DNA of 64,000 nucleotides from an uncultured Acidobacteriia bacterium (GTDB lineage: Bacteria > Acidobacteriota > Terriglobia > Bryobacterales > Bryobacteraceae), in assembly GCA_903923395.1 (NCBI GenBank), contig CAIXXM010000072.1, forward strand, positions 3,849-67,848, read 5' to 3'. The notes beneath the pieces were generated by a model, which saw only the letters and a program-made list of their open reading frames with translations, searched no databases and had not been told where the DNA came from. The position numbers were made by a program, and so were the translations under genes. Positions 55,280 to 64,000 of the stretch are shown one piece after another; the stretch's first letter is position 1; every line of letters begins with the position of its first letter.

Positions 55280-58200
55280 TAAAAAGTCAGTCTACCGCTC
55301 AATTGCAACGCCCGGGGGCCTGAGCCTTCCGCGCTCTGCATTGTTGTGATGGTACCGAATGAGCTCGTTCCAAGAGTCAGCGACGGAGTGCCGTAGTTCG
55401 GGTGGTTGAAGGCATTGGATGCCGCCACGCCAACCCGCAATTTCACCCGCTCCTTATAAGCCAGCGTACGGAACAGAGAAAGTGACACTGCTTTGGTTCC
55501 CGGACCCTGCACCGCACCCACCGGCGAATTGCCGAACCGGCCAATGTTGTTCGCCGGGATCGCAAATGCCGCAGCATTCACCCAGTTCGTGGTGCTCTGG
55601 TTCGCCGGCACGACATTCGCGCCGGACACGATATCCGCACGGCCGTTGCCGATCAAGTTCACGAAGTTCGTACCGGAAGGATCAGCGCCGCTCGCGACCA
55701 CAGTGAGAAACGGACCGCTCTGAAACAGAGCCACGCCAGCCAGTTCCCAACCGCCCGCCAGCTGATTCACGATCTTGCTCCCCGTATGCGAGAACGGCGA
55801 TTCATACAGGAAGGTGGTCTGGAAGCGGTTGCGCCGCGTAAAGGCCACGTTGCCGTAATCCAGAGCCGGATGGAACCGGTCCGTAATCGTGCCGCCGCCC
55901 GAGCCTGCAAACGCACTCGGCGCGTACCCGCCGATGTCTGACAGGTTCTTTGCAAAGTTGTAGCTCGCCTGGAACTGCAATCCCTTCGACATGCGTTTGT
56001 TGATAGACGCCGTGAACGCCTGATAGTTACTCATGCCGCCATTCGTTTCCTCGATGATTTGCTGGAAAAGCGGGAAGGGCGCGGATTTTGTAGCAACACT
56101 AAAACCAGCTGTATTTGCAGGGACTTCATTCGGGTTATCAGTCAACCCTAAGTCCGAACCATGACTCCCGTCATACGAAAGTCTTACGCCAGTTTGAAAA
56201 CCAAGATCGCGTTCCAAGGTCAAGTTCCACTGCTGCACATATGGATCTTTGTAGTGCAGTGCGTTCGACAAATCGAAGACCTGCGACCCCGGTTGCGCCA
56301 GATTCGAGGGGAAGGGATACGGGAAGGTCAACTGCGGTTTGCCGCCAACAATGCTGTTCGTAAAGCCAGCAACATCGCTGGCTTCCACCGCCCAGGAGGA
56401 CAGCAACAGATTGCCGAGTTGCGCTTCGATAAAGCGCCCATAACCACCGCGGATTACGGTCTTCCCGTCGGCCGTCGCCCGCCATGCGAAGCCGATGCGT
56501 GGCGCGAAGTCAGCCTTCGCCGAGTAGCGCAAGCTCTGGGGAATTCCCGCCTGACTTGCCGTAAGGATCGGTGTTGGCGCAATCGACTGCGCGAAGGCCG
56601 GATTGATCAGCGAATAGCCCTTGTCCGGCACCACCACCGCTCCATGCACCGTAACACCATTCACCACGTTGTAGACGTCCGGCAGTAAGTTCGCCGTGTT
56701 GGAGTTATGATCCTGGAACATCGGATGATATTCCCACCGCATACCGTAATTGATCGTCAGGCGGTTCGTCACCTTGAAATCATCCTGTACGTAGAATGCG
56801 TAGCTGGCCCCGTAACCATTGGTGTCCGGGTTCAAGACAGTGGAAAGAGTGTCCGAATCCGGTATGCCCAACAGGAATGCTCCGTAAGCATTGCCAATCA
56901 GGGAACTGGTGACAGAATTATTGAACGTATAGGAGCCCAGCCGCTGACTTGCGAACACGTTCGTATAGAGCGCCTTGAGATACCGGTAATCACCACCGAA
57001 CTTGATGGTATGCTTGCCCTTGGTCATCGTCAGGTTGTCCAGGACCTGCCAGGTGCTGGTCTGCGAGATCGATGAGGCACCGCCGCCCGTGCTTTGGAAC
57101 CCTGAGATCTTGAAGTTGGGAACTGCATTTCCGGCAGGAGGTGCCTGCGGCAAGTAAGACGTCAAGCCAAGCAGGTTCGCCATATCAGTAGCAAGAACCC
57201 CATAACTTGTCGAAGCATTTGAACTCGTCATGCCCGCCCGGATTTCATTCACAAAGTGTGACCCGATTACCCAGTTATGAGCAATCGTCACCCCTTTGTC
57301 TTTCTCAGGCTTGGTGAATCCGCCGAGCAGAGCAGAGCCCGTAGGCGTCGTCTGCGCCAGCTTGGATTTGTATGTGAACCGGACGAAGACGTTCTGGTTC
57401 GATGTGATCTTCTGGTCACCGCGAACGTCCCCCTGGTTGCTCGAAATCGGGGTGGGGAAGTTCGTTACGAAATTGTTGGCAATGGCGGTGGGGCTTCCGT
57501 TATTGGGCGTGGGATAGAGATACTTCAGTGCACCCAGAGACAACGGAGCTATCCGGCTCACGGGAATCTGATTTCCCACAAATGGGGAGCCGTTTGTCGG
57601 GTCGAGCACCGCTTTTGAATATGCGGATAAATCGCCGCTCCGAAGAGCCAGCGACGGTACGCTCTCGGTCAAGACCTGCTGACTCGGCAAGCGAAGCCCC
57701 TCGTAGGTGCCAAAGAAGAAGGTCTTGTCTTTCCCGTTGTAGATCTTGGGCAGCATCAACGGACCACCCACATAGCCGCCAAAGTCATTCATATCCAGTT
57801 TGGGAACGGTCGCGCTGAATGTGTTGCGCGCATTGAACGCCGTGTTCTGATTATTCTCAAACAAGCCGCCGTGTAATTTATTCGTTCCGCTCTTTGAGAT
57901 CGTAGTAATATCGCTGATCCCGCCGAACTCGGCGCTGTTGTTGATTTCGCTGACCCGGATCTCTGCGATGGCATCGAAAGAAGGAAATAACTCCGAGATA
58001 GGCGCGCTGTTTCTGGGACTCATCGAGCTGATGCCGTCGATGGTCACCGATAACATACTCGGCTTCGACCCCGCTACGGATAAGTTCCCGCTGTTGTCCA
58101 CCACAACACCAGGCTGCGTCGTGAGCGTTGAAAAAGCACTGGTGGAACCGCCCGCTCTGGACCCAATCGCCACAGGAAGATCCGTCAACTCCCTGCCGAG

Positions 58201-58635
58201 TTTCGTCTCCGCAATGTTGGATACTTCGGTACTGATCGGTGCTTCCATCACCGTGCTTACACTTACACTGCTTGTCTGTGAGGCCAGCGGCAGTTTGCCA
58301 TCAATACGCACCGTTTCACGCGACGTCAACTCCACAGCCTTGTAAATCAATTCCTGGAACCCGGGGGCCTGCATGGTCACTTCATAAGTGCCAGGCTCCA
58401 TATTCACCAGGCTGTATTCGCCCTTTCCGTCCGTCAACACGGACCGCGTCGTGGACGTGGCAGTGTTCGTCGCCGTCACCTTGCAAGCCGCTACGAGCGA
58501 CCCGGAAGGATCATGCACGGTTCCCACGAAGGTTCCAAATGTGGATTGTGCCCGGCCTGCTGCCGGAAGAAGAAGACAGACTGTAAGACAGGCGGCCTGC
58601 AGGAATCGCGTAATACCGTTGTAAGTGAATACCAT
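55279..58635 (-). CDS. TonB-dependent receptor-like outer-membrane protein with N-terminal carboxypeptidase-regulatory-like domain (Oar-like)
   Basis: 1118 aa with a signal peptide. ...GTVHDPSGSLVAACKVTATNTATS..R.V.TD..G.Y.L.N..PGTYEV... (CarboxypepD_reg-like), then plug/barrel-like sequence ending ...LQLSGRLTF (C-terminal Phe). Confidence 0.88.
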   Translation of the reverse strand: MVFTYNGITRFLQAACLTVCLLLPAAGRAQSTFGTFVGTVHDPSGSLVAACKVTATNTATSTTRSVLTDGKGEYSLVNMEPGTYEVTMQAPGFQELIYKAVELTSRETVRIDGKLPLASQTSSVSVSTVMEAPISTEVSNIAETKLGRELTDLPVAIGSRAGGSTSAFSTLTTQPGVVVDNSGNLSVAGSKPSMLSVTIDGISSMSPRNSAPISELFPSFDAIAEIRVSEINNSAEFGGISDITTISKSGTNKLHGGLFENNQNTAFNARNTFSATVPKLDMNDFGGYVGGPLMLPKIYNGKDKTFFFGTYEGLRLPSQQVLTESVPSLALRSGDLSAYSKAVLDPTNGSPFVGNQIPVSRIAPLSLGALKYLYPTPNNGSPTAIANNFVTNFPTPISSNQGDVRGDQKITSNQNVFVRFTYKSKLAQTTPTGSALLGGFTKPEKDKGVTIAHNWVIGSHFVNEIRAGMTSSNASTSYGVLATDMANLLGLTSYLPQAPPAGNAVPNFKISGFQSTGGGASSISQTSTWQVLDNLTMTKGKHTIKFGGDYRYLKALYTNVFASQRLGSYTFNNSVTSSLIGNAYGAFLLGIPDSDTLSTVLNPDTNGYGASYAFYVQDDFKVTNRLTINYGMRWEYHPMFQDHNSNTANLLPDVYNVVNGVTVHGAVVVPDKGYSLINPAFAQSIAPTPILTASQAGIPQSLRYSAKADFAPRIGFAWRATADGKTVIRGGYGRFIEAQLGNLLLSSWAVEASDVAGFTNSIVGGKPQLTFPYPFPSNLAQPGSQVFDLSNALHYKDPYVQQWNLTLERDLGFQTGVRLSYDGSHGSDLGLTDNPNEVPANTAGFSVATKSAPFPLFQQIIEETNGGMSNYQAFTASINKRMSKGLQFQASYNFAKNLSDIGGYAPSAFAGSGGGTITDRFHPALDYGNVAFTRRNRFQTTFLYESPFSHTGSKIVNQLAGGWELAGVALFQSGPFLTVVASGADPSGTNFVNLIGNGRADIVSGANVVPANQSTTNWVNAAAFAIPANNIGRFGNSPVGAVQGPGTKAVSLSLFRTLAYKERVKLRVGVAASNAFNHPNYGTPSLTLGTSSFGTITTMQSAEGSGPRALQLSGRLTF

Positions 58636-58761
58636 GCTGAACCCTCACGAAATCTGAACTGTTATTTCCCGAAGAAATTACTTGAGTGATTTGCGCTAAC
58701 TGTCCAGGACTGGGGACAAGACTAAGACGGGTGTGTGACAGCTGCCAGTCAAGCTTGCAGC

Positions 58762-58773
58762 AACAACGTTGTT
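58762..58773. promoter_or_regulatory. perfect 12-bp palindrome AACAACGTTGTT upstream of the TBDR-qhp operon (possible operator)
   Basis: Self-complementary sequence 127-138 nt upstream of ATG 58635, in the only sizeable intergenic gap (58636-58825) before the operon. Confidence 0.25.
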
Positions 58774-58825
58774 CAATAAGAATCACACGCCGGCTCGAAA
58801 TATGTCAATGGTACTCGGGATAATC

Positions 58826-59545
58826 TTAATTCGATTTTGGAACCTTCCCGGCACGCTCTACGATAATTACATCCAGCGGACCTTTTCTCTTCTCCAGCCG
58901 CAACCCCAATTGCTGTTGTACGGCCGTAAACAGGTCTGGCTTTTCCCCTGGCTCCTTACTGTCTTCCGGTGTCCATTCCAGGTCGATTTCATACTTCCCC
59001 CGCAACCCGGTTTCATCCACCACGATATCTTTTTCAAAACGGGATAACCCCACAGCCAGCCGCTGCAACGGCATTGCTTTCCCGTGCACACGGCCTTTCA
59101 AGATCGAATTGGGAGCGACCGTATCACTGGGAACGTTCACTAACTTAGAGCCGCCCTTGCTCAATGTAAGCGCAAGGTAAGACATAACCCGCTTCTCTGT
59201 GTGAGTAATCACATCCAGACGTTCCGCGAGCAACCGCCGCAACATCACGCGGAGCTGCGCCTCATCTGTGTCGTTTTGGGCCTGCGCGACAATGTCGAAC
59301 CGGATGGCCTTCGAAGTAATCCAATCCGGGCCCTGTAACTGCCGGTCAGAAACCAGCCCGTAAGCATATCGCAGACAATCGCTGAGAGACGCATTCGTGA
59401 GGGTTAAACGCCCATGCACGGCTGTGCCCAGATTGATCTGGATTAGATCTTGCGCTGGTGGTGGCGATACTTTCAATGTGGCGACTTCAAACTCCTGCGC
59501 CAGCCCGGACAGACTGCACAGGAACAGAAGTGCCACTGCCCTCAT
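58826..59545 (-). CDS. TIGR03435-family secreted protein (acidobacterial paralogous family)
   Basis: 239 aa with a signal peptide. EFEVATLKVS..., ...QGPDW...RFDIVAQ..., ...DETGLRGKYEIDLEW..., ...QQQLGLRLEKRKGPLDVIIVE... match the family pattern as recalled. Confidence 0.8.
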   Translation of the reverse strand: MRAVALLFLCSLSGLAQEFEVATLKVSPPPAQDLIQINLGTAVHGRLTLTNASLSDCLRYAYGLVSDRQLQGPDWITSKAIRFDIVAQAQNDTDEAQLRVMLRRLLAERLDVITHTEKRVMSYLALTLSKGGSKLVNVPSDTVAPNSILKGRVHGKAMPLQRLAVGLSRFEKDIVVDETGLRGKYEIDLEWTPEDSKEPGEKPDLFTAVQQQLGLRLEKRKGPLDVIIVERAGKVPKSN

Positions 59546-60678
59546 CCTGCAAGTGACCCCGCGCCTTCGGGCTCCACAGAACGCACTTCCCCGGCACCCT
59601 CGCCGGCTTCCACCACAAACACGGAGGCCTCAATGCCCCAGCGTTCGCTATAGCGGTTCACGATTTCGCGCGTGAAACTCGCCACATACTCCGTTGCCAC
59701 CAGATTGACCGTACATCCGCCGAAGCCGCCGCCCGTCATACGTGCTCCGATGCAACCGGGAATCTCCATGGCTGCCTCCGCCAGGAAATCTACCTCGGCG
59801 CACGTAATTTCGTAGTCGTGCTGCATGCTGCGGTGCGAATCCACAAACAGCATGCCCATCTCGCGCAAATTGCCCCGAGCCGCCGCGTTGACGAATAACT
59901 CCACGCGCATCGTGTCAGTGACAATGTGCCGCGCCCGCCGCATCACAAGCTCAGGCATCGGGATGTCGGCCAGGTGCTGCAGCGTAACATCGCGCAGACT
60001 CTGCACCTCAGGGTGCCAGTGTTGCACCGCCGCCACCGCCATTGCGCATTCAGAAACCCGGTCACGATACGCCGAATTCCCCAGCTCGTGCTTCACCTTC
60101 GAATTCACCACCACCACAGACACGCCTTCCGGGAGTTGCACCACCCGGTGTTCCAGCGTGCGGCAGTCAATCTGCACCGCCGCACCGCGTTCGCCAAAGA
60201 CCGAAACGTACTGGTCCATGATTCCGCACGGCATGCCGACGAATTCATTCTCCGCGGCCCGGCAGAGCTTGGCCAGTTCCACCTTGTCGATCGCCCGTCC
60301 GCCGAGCAGCGCCAGTGCGGACGCAACCTCCAGTGCCGCCGACGAACTCAACCCGGACCCCTCCGGCACATCACTGCGGATCTTCAATAAGCACGGCGCA
60401 ATCGAATAGCCGCGGCGGATGAGTTGCTGCGCCACACCGATCACGTAATCCGACCAGTGCTTCCGCGGTTGCGCGCCGGCCAGTTCCTCCACCGCCCAGC
60501 TCAACTCCTCCGGCTTTTGTTCGGAGAGCAGATGCAAGCGGCCATCGCCCCGGCGGTGCACTTCCACATAAGTCGCCAAATTCAAAGCGATCGGCAATAC
60601 ATACCCGAGGTTGTAATCGGTATGTTCCCCGATCAGGTTCACCCGGCCCGGTGCCCGGAAAGTCCGCACGAAACTCAC
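59542..60678 (-). CDS. galK: galactokinase
   Basis: ...FRAPGRVNLIGEHTDYN... and the GHMP motif ...PEGSGLSSSAALEVA... A GTG start at 60678 forms a GTGA overlap with the upstream small ORF. The track start at 60741 is rejected. Confidence 0.92.
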   Translation of the reverse strand: MSFVRTFRAPGRVNLIGEHTDYNLGYVLPIALNLATYVEVHRRGDGRLHLLSEQKPEELSWAVEELAGAQPRKHWSDYVIGVAQQLIRRGYSIAPCLLKIRSDVPEGSGLSSSAALEVASALALLGGRAIDKVELAKLCRAAENEFVGMPCGIMDQYVSVFGERGAAVQIDCRTLEHRVVQLPEGVSVVVVNSKVKHELGNSAYRDRVSECAMAVAAVQHWHPEVQSLRDVTLQHLADIPMPELVMRRARHIVTDTMRVELFVNAAARGNLREMGMLFVDSHRSMQHDYEITCAEVDFLAEAAMEIPGCIGARMTGGGFGGCTVNLVATEYVASFTREIVNRYSERWGIEASVFVVEAGEGAGEVRSVEPEGAGSLAG

Positions 60679-60860
60679 CGGTTCCGCCACGCAAGAACCA
60701 GCAGGAACGCACCGAACACCAGCATCGCCACACCGGCCCAAAGATTGACGTTCAACTCCGTCAACAGTGCCCGCTCAGACTGCATCGCCACCAGCACCAG
60801 CCCGGTGATCGCAAAAAACAATCCCGATGGCAGCCGTAAATCCAACTGTTTTTCTTCCAT
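60675..60860 (-). CDS. small two-TM membrane protein (hypothetical)
   Basis: 61 aa with two hydrophobic helices (LFFAITGLVLVAM, LWAGVAMLVFGAFLLVLAW). The ATG lies 14 nt after the symporter stop with GGGGA upstream. Its stop overlaps the galK GTG. Confidence 0.5.
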   Translation of the reverse strand: MEEKQLDLRLPSGLFFAITGLVLVAMQSERALLTELNVNLWAGVAMLVFGAFLLVLAWRNR

Positions 60861-60874
60861 GTCTTATCCCCGAT

Positions 60875-62524
60875 TTACGCAAACACGAAATTCAACCCGA
60901 TCAGCACCACCACGACCACCAGCGCCAGCGGCACCGGGCGCTGATACCAGGCCACACCCTCGTCGCGCGGCACGTCCGTCAACCCATACACCAAACCACG
61001 CAGGCTCGATTCCGAATGCGCCGTAGTCGCCAGACTCACTAGAATGGACACCACGAAACACGCCGACCAGGCAATAATCGCAATCCAGAAATTCTGCGCC
61101 ATCTGTGAGGGAAACTCATACATATTCCCCAGCACGCCGCCCTTGTGCTCGGCAACCGTCAAACACCAGGTCAACGCAGCGGATACCGTCCCGCTTACCA
61201 GGCCCCAGAAAGCGCCATGCCCGGTCGTCCGCTTCCAGAACATACCCAGCAGGAAGGTTGCAAACAGCGGCGCATTTACAAACCCGAATACCAGTTGCAG
61301 GAAGTCCATGATGTTATTGAAGTAAGTGGCCAGATAGGCGGTAAGGATCGAAAGCAGCGTCCCGACAATCGTGGTCACCCGGGCCACATTGAGATAGTGC
61401 GCATCACTCGCATTCTTCTTGATATAACCCTGGTAGATGTCATAAGTGAACACCGTGTTGAACGCCGTCACGTTACCGGCCATGCCGCTCATGAATGACG
61501 CCATCAGCGCCGTCAGCCCCACGCCCAGCATGCCGCTCGGATAGAACTGCGCCATCATCGTCGTCAGCGCCTGGTCATAGTCATAACTGTCGCCCTTCAC
61601 CGGCAGCGCATAACCTGCACCGGCCTTCGTCAGCGCCAGCGCCGCAATGCCCGGCAGAATGACGATGAACGGCATAATCATCTTCGGGAAGGCCGCCAGC
61701 AGGGGTGTGCGCCGTGCTGCGGACATCGAATCCGCCGCCATCGCCCGCTGCACCACCAGGAAATCCGTGCACCAGTAGCCGAAGCTCAACACGAAACCCA
61801 GCCCCGCCACCAGTCCGAAGACTTCCACACCCATCGGATTCGCCTGCGCCGACCCCACGTTCGACCACGCATGCGTCATCACCGGCGCCAGCTTCTGCTG
61901 TATTCCGCCCCAGCCCCCGGCCTTGATCACCGCCACAATGGAGAGCGGCGCAAAACCCAGCACAATCAGGAAGAACTGCAGGACCTCGTTGTAGATCGCA
62001 GACCGCAGCCCGCCCAGATACGTATACGCCAGCACAATCAGCGCCGATGCGATCACGGACGTGTCGAAGCTCCAGCCCAGGATCAACTGCAGCATCCTGC
62101 CGAGCGCATACATCGAGATGCCACTCGAAAACAGCGTCATGATCGCGAACGAAATCGCATTCAACCCGCGCGTCTTCTCATCGAACCGCAGCTTCAAATA
62201 CTCCGGTACGCTGCGCGCCTTTGAGCCGTAGTAGAACGGCATCATGAACACGCCGATAAACAACATCGCCGGCACCGCGCCCACCCAATAGAAATGGCTC
62301 GTCATGATGCCGTATTTCGCACCGGACGCGCACATGCCAACCACTTCCTGCGCCCCCAGATTCGCCGCCAGAAAGGCCAGGCTGGTGATCCAAACCGGCA
62401 CGTGATGGCCTGCGGTGAGGAAGTCCCCTGCGGAAGTCACGGCCTTCCTGAGCTTCCAGCCGATGGCGATCACAAAACAGAAATACAAACCGAGAATGGC
62501 GTAGTCGACTGTGGCGAGTTTCAA
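60875..62524 (-). CDS. sodium:solute symporter (SSS family, SGLT-like; probable sugar/galactose uptake)
   Basis: 549 aa with ~13-14 TM segments. N-terminus ...DYAILGLYFCFVIAIGWKLRK...GDFLTAG... typical of SSS. Same operon as galK. Confidence 0.88.
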   Translation of the reverse strand: MKLATVDYAILGLYFCFVIAIGWKLRKAVTSAGDFLTAGHHVPVWITSLAFLAANLGAQEVVGMCASGAKYGIMTSHFYWVGAVPAMLFIGVFMMPFYYGSKARSVPEYLKLRFDEKTRGLNAISFAIMTLFSSGISMYALGRMLQLILGWSFDTSVIASALIVLAYTYLGGLRSAIYNEVLQFFLIVLGFAPLSIVAVIKAGGWGGIQQKLAPVMTHAWSNVGSAQANPMGVEVFGLVAGLGFVLSFGYWCTDFLVVQRAMAADSMSAARRTPLLAAFPKMIMPFIVILPGIAALALTKAGAGYALPVKGDSYDYDQALTTMMAQFYPSGMLGVGLTALMASFMSGMAGNVTAFNTVFTYDIYQGYIKKNASDAHYLNVARVTTIVGTLLSILTAYLATYFNNIMDFLQLVFGFVNAPLFATFLLGMFWKRTTGHGAFWGLVSGTVSAALTWCLTVAEHKGGVLGNMYEFPSQMAQNFWIAIIAWSACFVVSILVSLATTAHSESSLRGLVYGLTDVPRDEGVAWYQRPVPLALVVVVVLIGLNFVFA

Positions 62525-62575
62525 ACGTGGTTCCTCAAAGTGGAGCGTAGAAGCAAGCTCACAGACTATCGAACT

Positions 62576-63037
62576 TTACAGACCGATTTCCACTTCATTG
62601 GAAATCAGCCCCAATTCGCACCGCACGCGGGCGGTGTATGTGCGCCGGCGCTGCAGTTGATAGAGGAGTGAGAGCGGCAAGTCGGTCTCTACGAACTTGC
62701 CCGCCTTGATGGTGACTTTGTTCTTCGCCTTGGCCAGCGCCTGCTTGCGGGACAATTCCGCGTACTGGTTGGGAGTCGCGTCCATCTCCACGGTGTAGAA
62801 GCCCATCCAGTCCGTTAGGAGTAAAACGCGGTCTTCGGTACCGAGGTTCTTTAAGGCAATCGAAAGATCCGGTGGCTGGCTCTTGTCATCGGACGGCGCG
62901 GCAAACACGCTTAGAGCCAGGCCCTCGTGCGCGGGACCCCACGTCCGCAGCGCATCACTGATCCTTGGTTCGTTTGCATCGTGCACCGCGAAACCCAGCA
63001 GGCCCATCCACTTCCAGAAAGTTGCCATCATAAGCAA
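62576..63037 (-). CDS. hypothetical protein
   Basis: 153-aa ORF in a compact same-strand context. No recognisable motif. Confidence 0.45.
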   Translation of the reverse strand: MLMMATFWKWMGLLGFAVHDANEPRISDALRTWGPAHEGLALSVFAAPSDDKSQPPDLSIALKNLGTEDRVLLLTDWMGFYTVEMDATPNQYAELSRKQALAKAKNKVTIKAGKFVETDLPLSLLYQLQRRRTYTARVRCELGLISNEVEIGL

Positions 63038-63062
63038 CTTCTATTTCAACAGACGATGCAAA

Positions 63063-63338
63063 TTATTCGCCGTAGTGAAAACGCGCCTGCAGAAACTCCA
63101 TCCGATCCGCATACACTCTGTAAACCAGCCTGTGCTCACCAGTCAGACGCCTTGACCACGCGCCGCTGAGCGCAAATTTCAACGGCTCAGGCTTGCCAAT
63201 ACCTTCAAACGGATTTCGAATTACATCCTCAATGATCGTGAGCAGCCGTAGCGCTAATTTCCTATCGTTGGCCACCCAGAACCGGAGATCCTCCCGGAAC
63301 TCCACGCCAAAGACAGCGTAGCGCTCACTCCGCGTCAA
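63063..63338 (-). CDS. yoeB: YoeB/Txe-family toxin (mRNA interferase)
   Basis: ...FREDLRFWVANDRKLALRLLTIIEDVIRNPFEGIGKPEPLKFALSGAWSRRLTGEHRLVYRV....FLQARFHY closely parallels E. coli YoeB. The probable TTG start at 63338 overlaps the antitoxin by 14 nt. ATG 63392 is an alternative. Confidence 0.88.
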   Translation of the reverse strand: MTRSERYAVFGVEFREDLRFWVANDRKLALRLLTIIEDVIRNPFEGIGKPEPLKFALSGAWSRRLTGEHRLVYRVYADRMEFLQARFHYGE

Positions 63339-63609
63339 GACCGATTTCCCGGCGAAGTTGCTCGAGAGTAGATGGAGCGTTTTCCCTGGCATCTGCCCGC
63401 CGCAATGCATTCTGCAACCGCCGCGCATTGACAGGACTGCTCAACAGATGTGCCGTCTCTAGAATCCCCGCCAGTTCGTCCGCGGGAATCAGCGCGATGT
63501 CCCGGCCCTTCCTTCGGCGAATCACGAAAACTTCGTTATCAGAATCCGACTTGGCCAATACTGACGCCAAGTTCTGCCTAAGATTGCTGTAGCTGGTTTC
63601 GATTGGCAT
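63325..63609 (-). CDS. yefM: YefM/Phd-family antitoxin
   Basis: MPIETSYSNLRQNLASVLAKSDSDNEVFVIRRRKGRDIALIPADELAGILETAHLL.SP.NA.RL... Alternative ATGs lie at 63615 and 63627. The long track ORF start at 63792 is rejected. Confidence 0.88.
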   Translation of the reverse strand: MPIETSYSNLRQNLASVLAKSDSDNEVFVIRRRKGRDIALIPADELAGILETAHLLSSPVNARRLQNALRRADARENAPSTLEQLRREIGLDAE

Positions 63610-63646
63610 ACCCATAACGTACAGCATTTCTGTACATTCACCACAA

Positions 63647-64000
63647 CTACTGCGCCAGCCGACCCAAAATAATCCCCAATGGCGCATCCACCCCAGGCAC
63701 TGGATGACAATCCCGCTTCGCCGTCTGCCACAAGCGCTCCGCCAGATCCAAATCGCCCTCCGCCGCCGCCAGTTGACGCCCTGCTGGCACACGTCCGCTC
63801 ACCCGCTGCGCAGCATCCTGCAACAGCGCTCCTTCCGCCGCACATCCCCCGACTGCCTTCGCCGTCTGCTCCAGCACCGCCCTACTCCGGCGCAACTTCT
63901 CTTCCGGGCCCAGCCCGCGTACTGTCGGATCTTCAGCAAACAGCGCATCCAGCGTCGCCAGCATCTGCGCTACCCCCGGCCCGGTACGCCCCTGCTCCAC
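63647..64000 (-). CDS. hypothetical protein, C-terminal fragment (5' end outside window)
   Basis: The frame is open to the window edge and ends at 63647. Ala/Leu/Arg-rich and helical-looking, with no motif recognised. Confidence 0.35.
   Translation of the reverse strand: MEQGRTGPGVAQMLATLDALFAEDPTVRGLGPEEKLRRSRAVLEQTAKAVGGCAAEGALLQDAAQRVSGRVPAGRQLAAAEGDLDLAERLWQTAKRDCHPVPGVDAPLGIILGRLAQ

Overview
GC-rich bacterial window. Several family signatures suggest Acidobacteriota of the Solibacter/Bryobacter type: an Oar-like TonB-dependent receptor, a TIGR03435-type protein and a BlaR1-TonB_C fusion. This lineage call is an inference, and all family calls rest on motifs read by eye because no database search was possible.

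Layout:
- 1-20.8 kb, minus strand: the complete, tightly packed str-S10-spc-alpha ribosomal supercluster, rpsL-rpsG-fusA-tuf-rpsJ...rplQ. It includes rpmJ, which the ORF track misses, and ends in a clear rho-independent terminator.
- About 740 bp with no convincing ORF lies upstream of rpsL.
- An accessory region follows. It holds an Fsr-like MFS transporter and a DedA-rhodanese gene.
- Next come asnB, a GT39 glycosyltransferase and a cupin.
- A BlaI/BlaR1-like pair follows.
- A 9-gene translationally coupled glycan operon follows: RmlA/RmlC-like genes, 4 GT4 genes, a DUF3108-like gene, a methyltransferase and an ABC-2 permease.
- An S9 peptidase gene and nirBD follow.
- A split quinohemoprotein amine dehydrogenase (QHNDH) cluster follows. 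qhpGFE sits on the plus strand facing TBDR-qhpADCB-hydrolase-multicopper oxidase on the minus strand.
- A Na+/solute symporter, small membrane ORF, galK and TIGR03435 operon follows.
- A YefM/YoeB toxin-antitoxin pair closes the window.

Most interesting:
1. The DedA-rhodanese ORF stops at a TGA that sits exactly on the catalytic-Cys position. The frame continues through the rest of the rhodanese domain, and a SECIS-like hairpin lies 10 nt downstream. This is a candidate membrane-anchored selenocysteine rhodanese.
2. The QHNDH cluster has a QhpC precursor whose Cys/Glu/Asp/Trp spacing matches the known crosslink pattern. Non-canonical, translationally overlapped partners are attached: an Oar-like TBDR, an alpha/beta hydrolase and a multicopper oxidase.

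No rRNA, tRNA, CRISPR array or mobile element was recognised.
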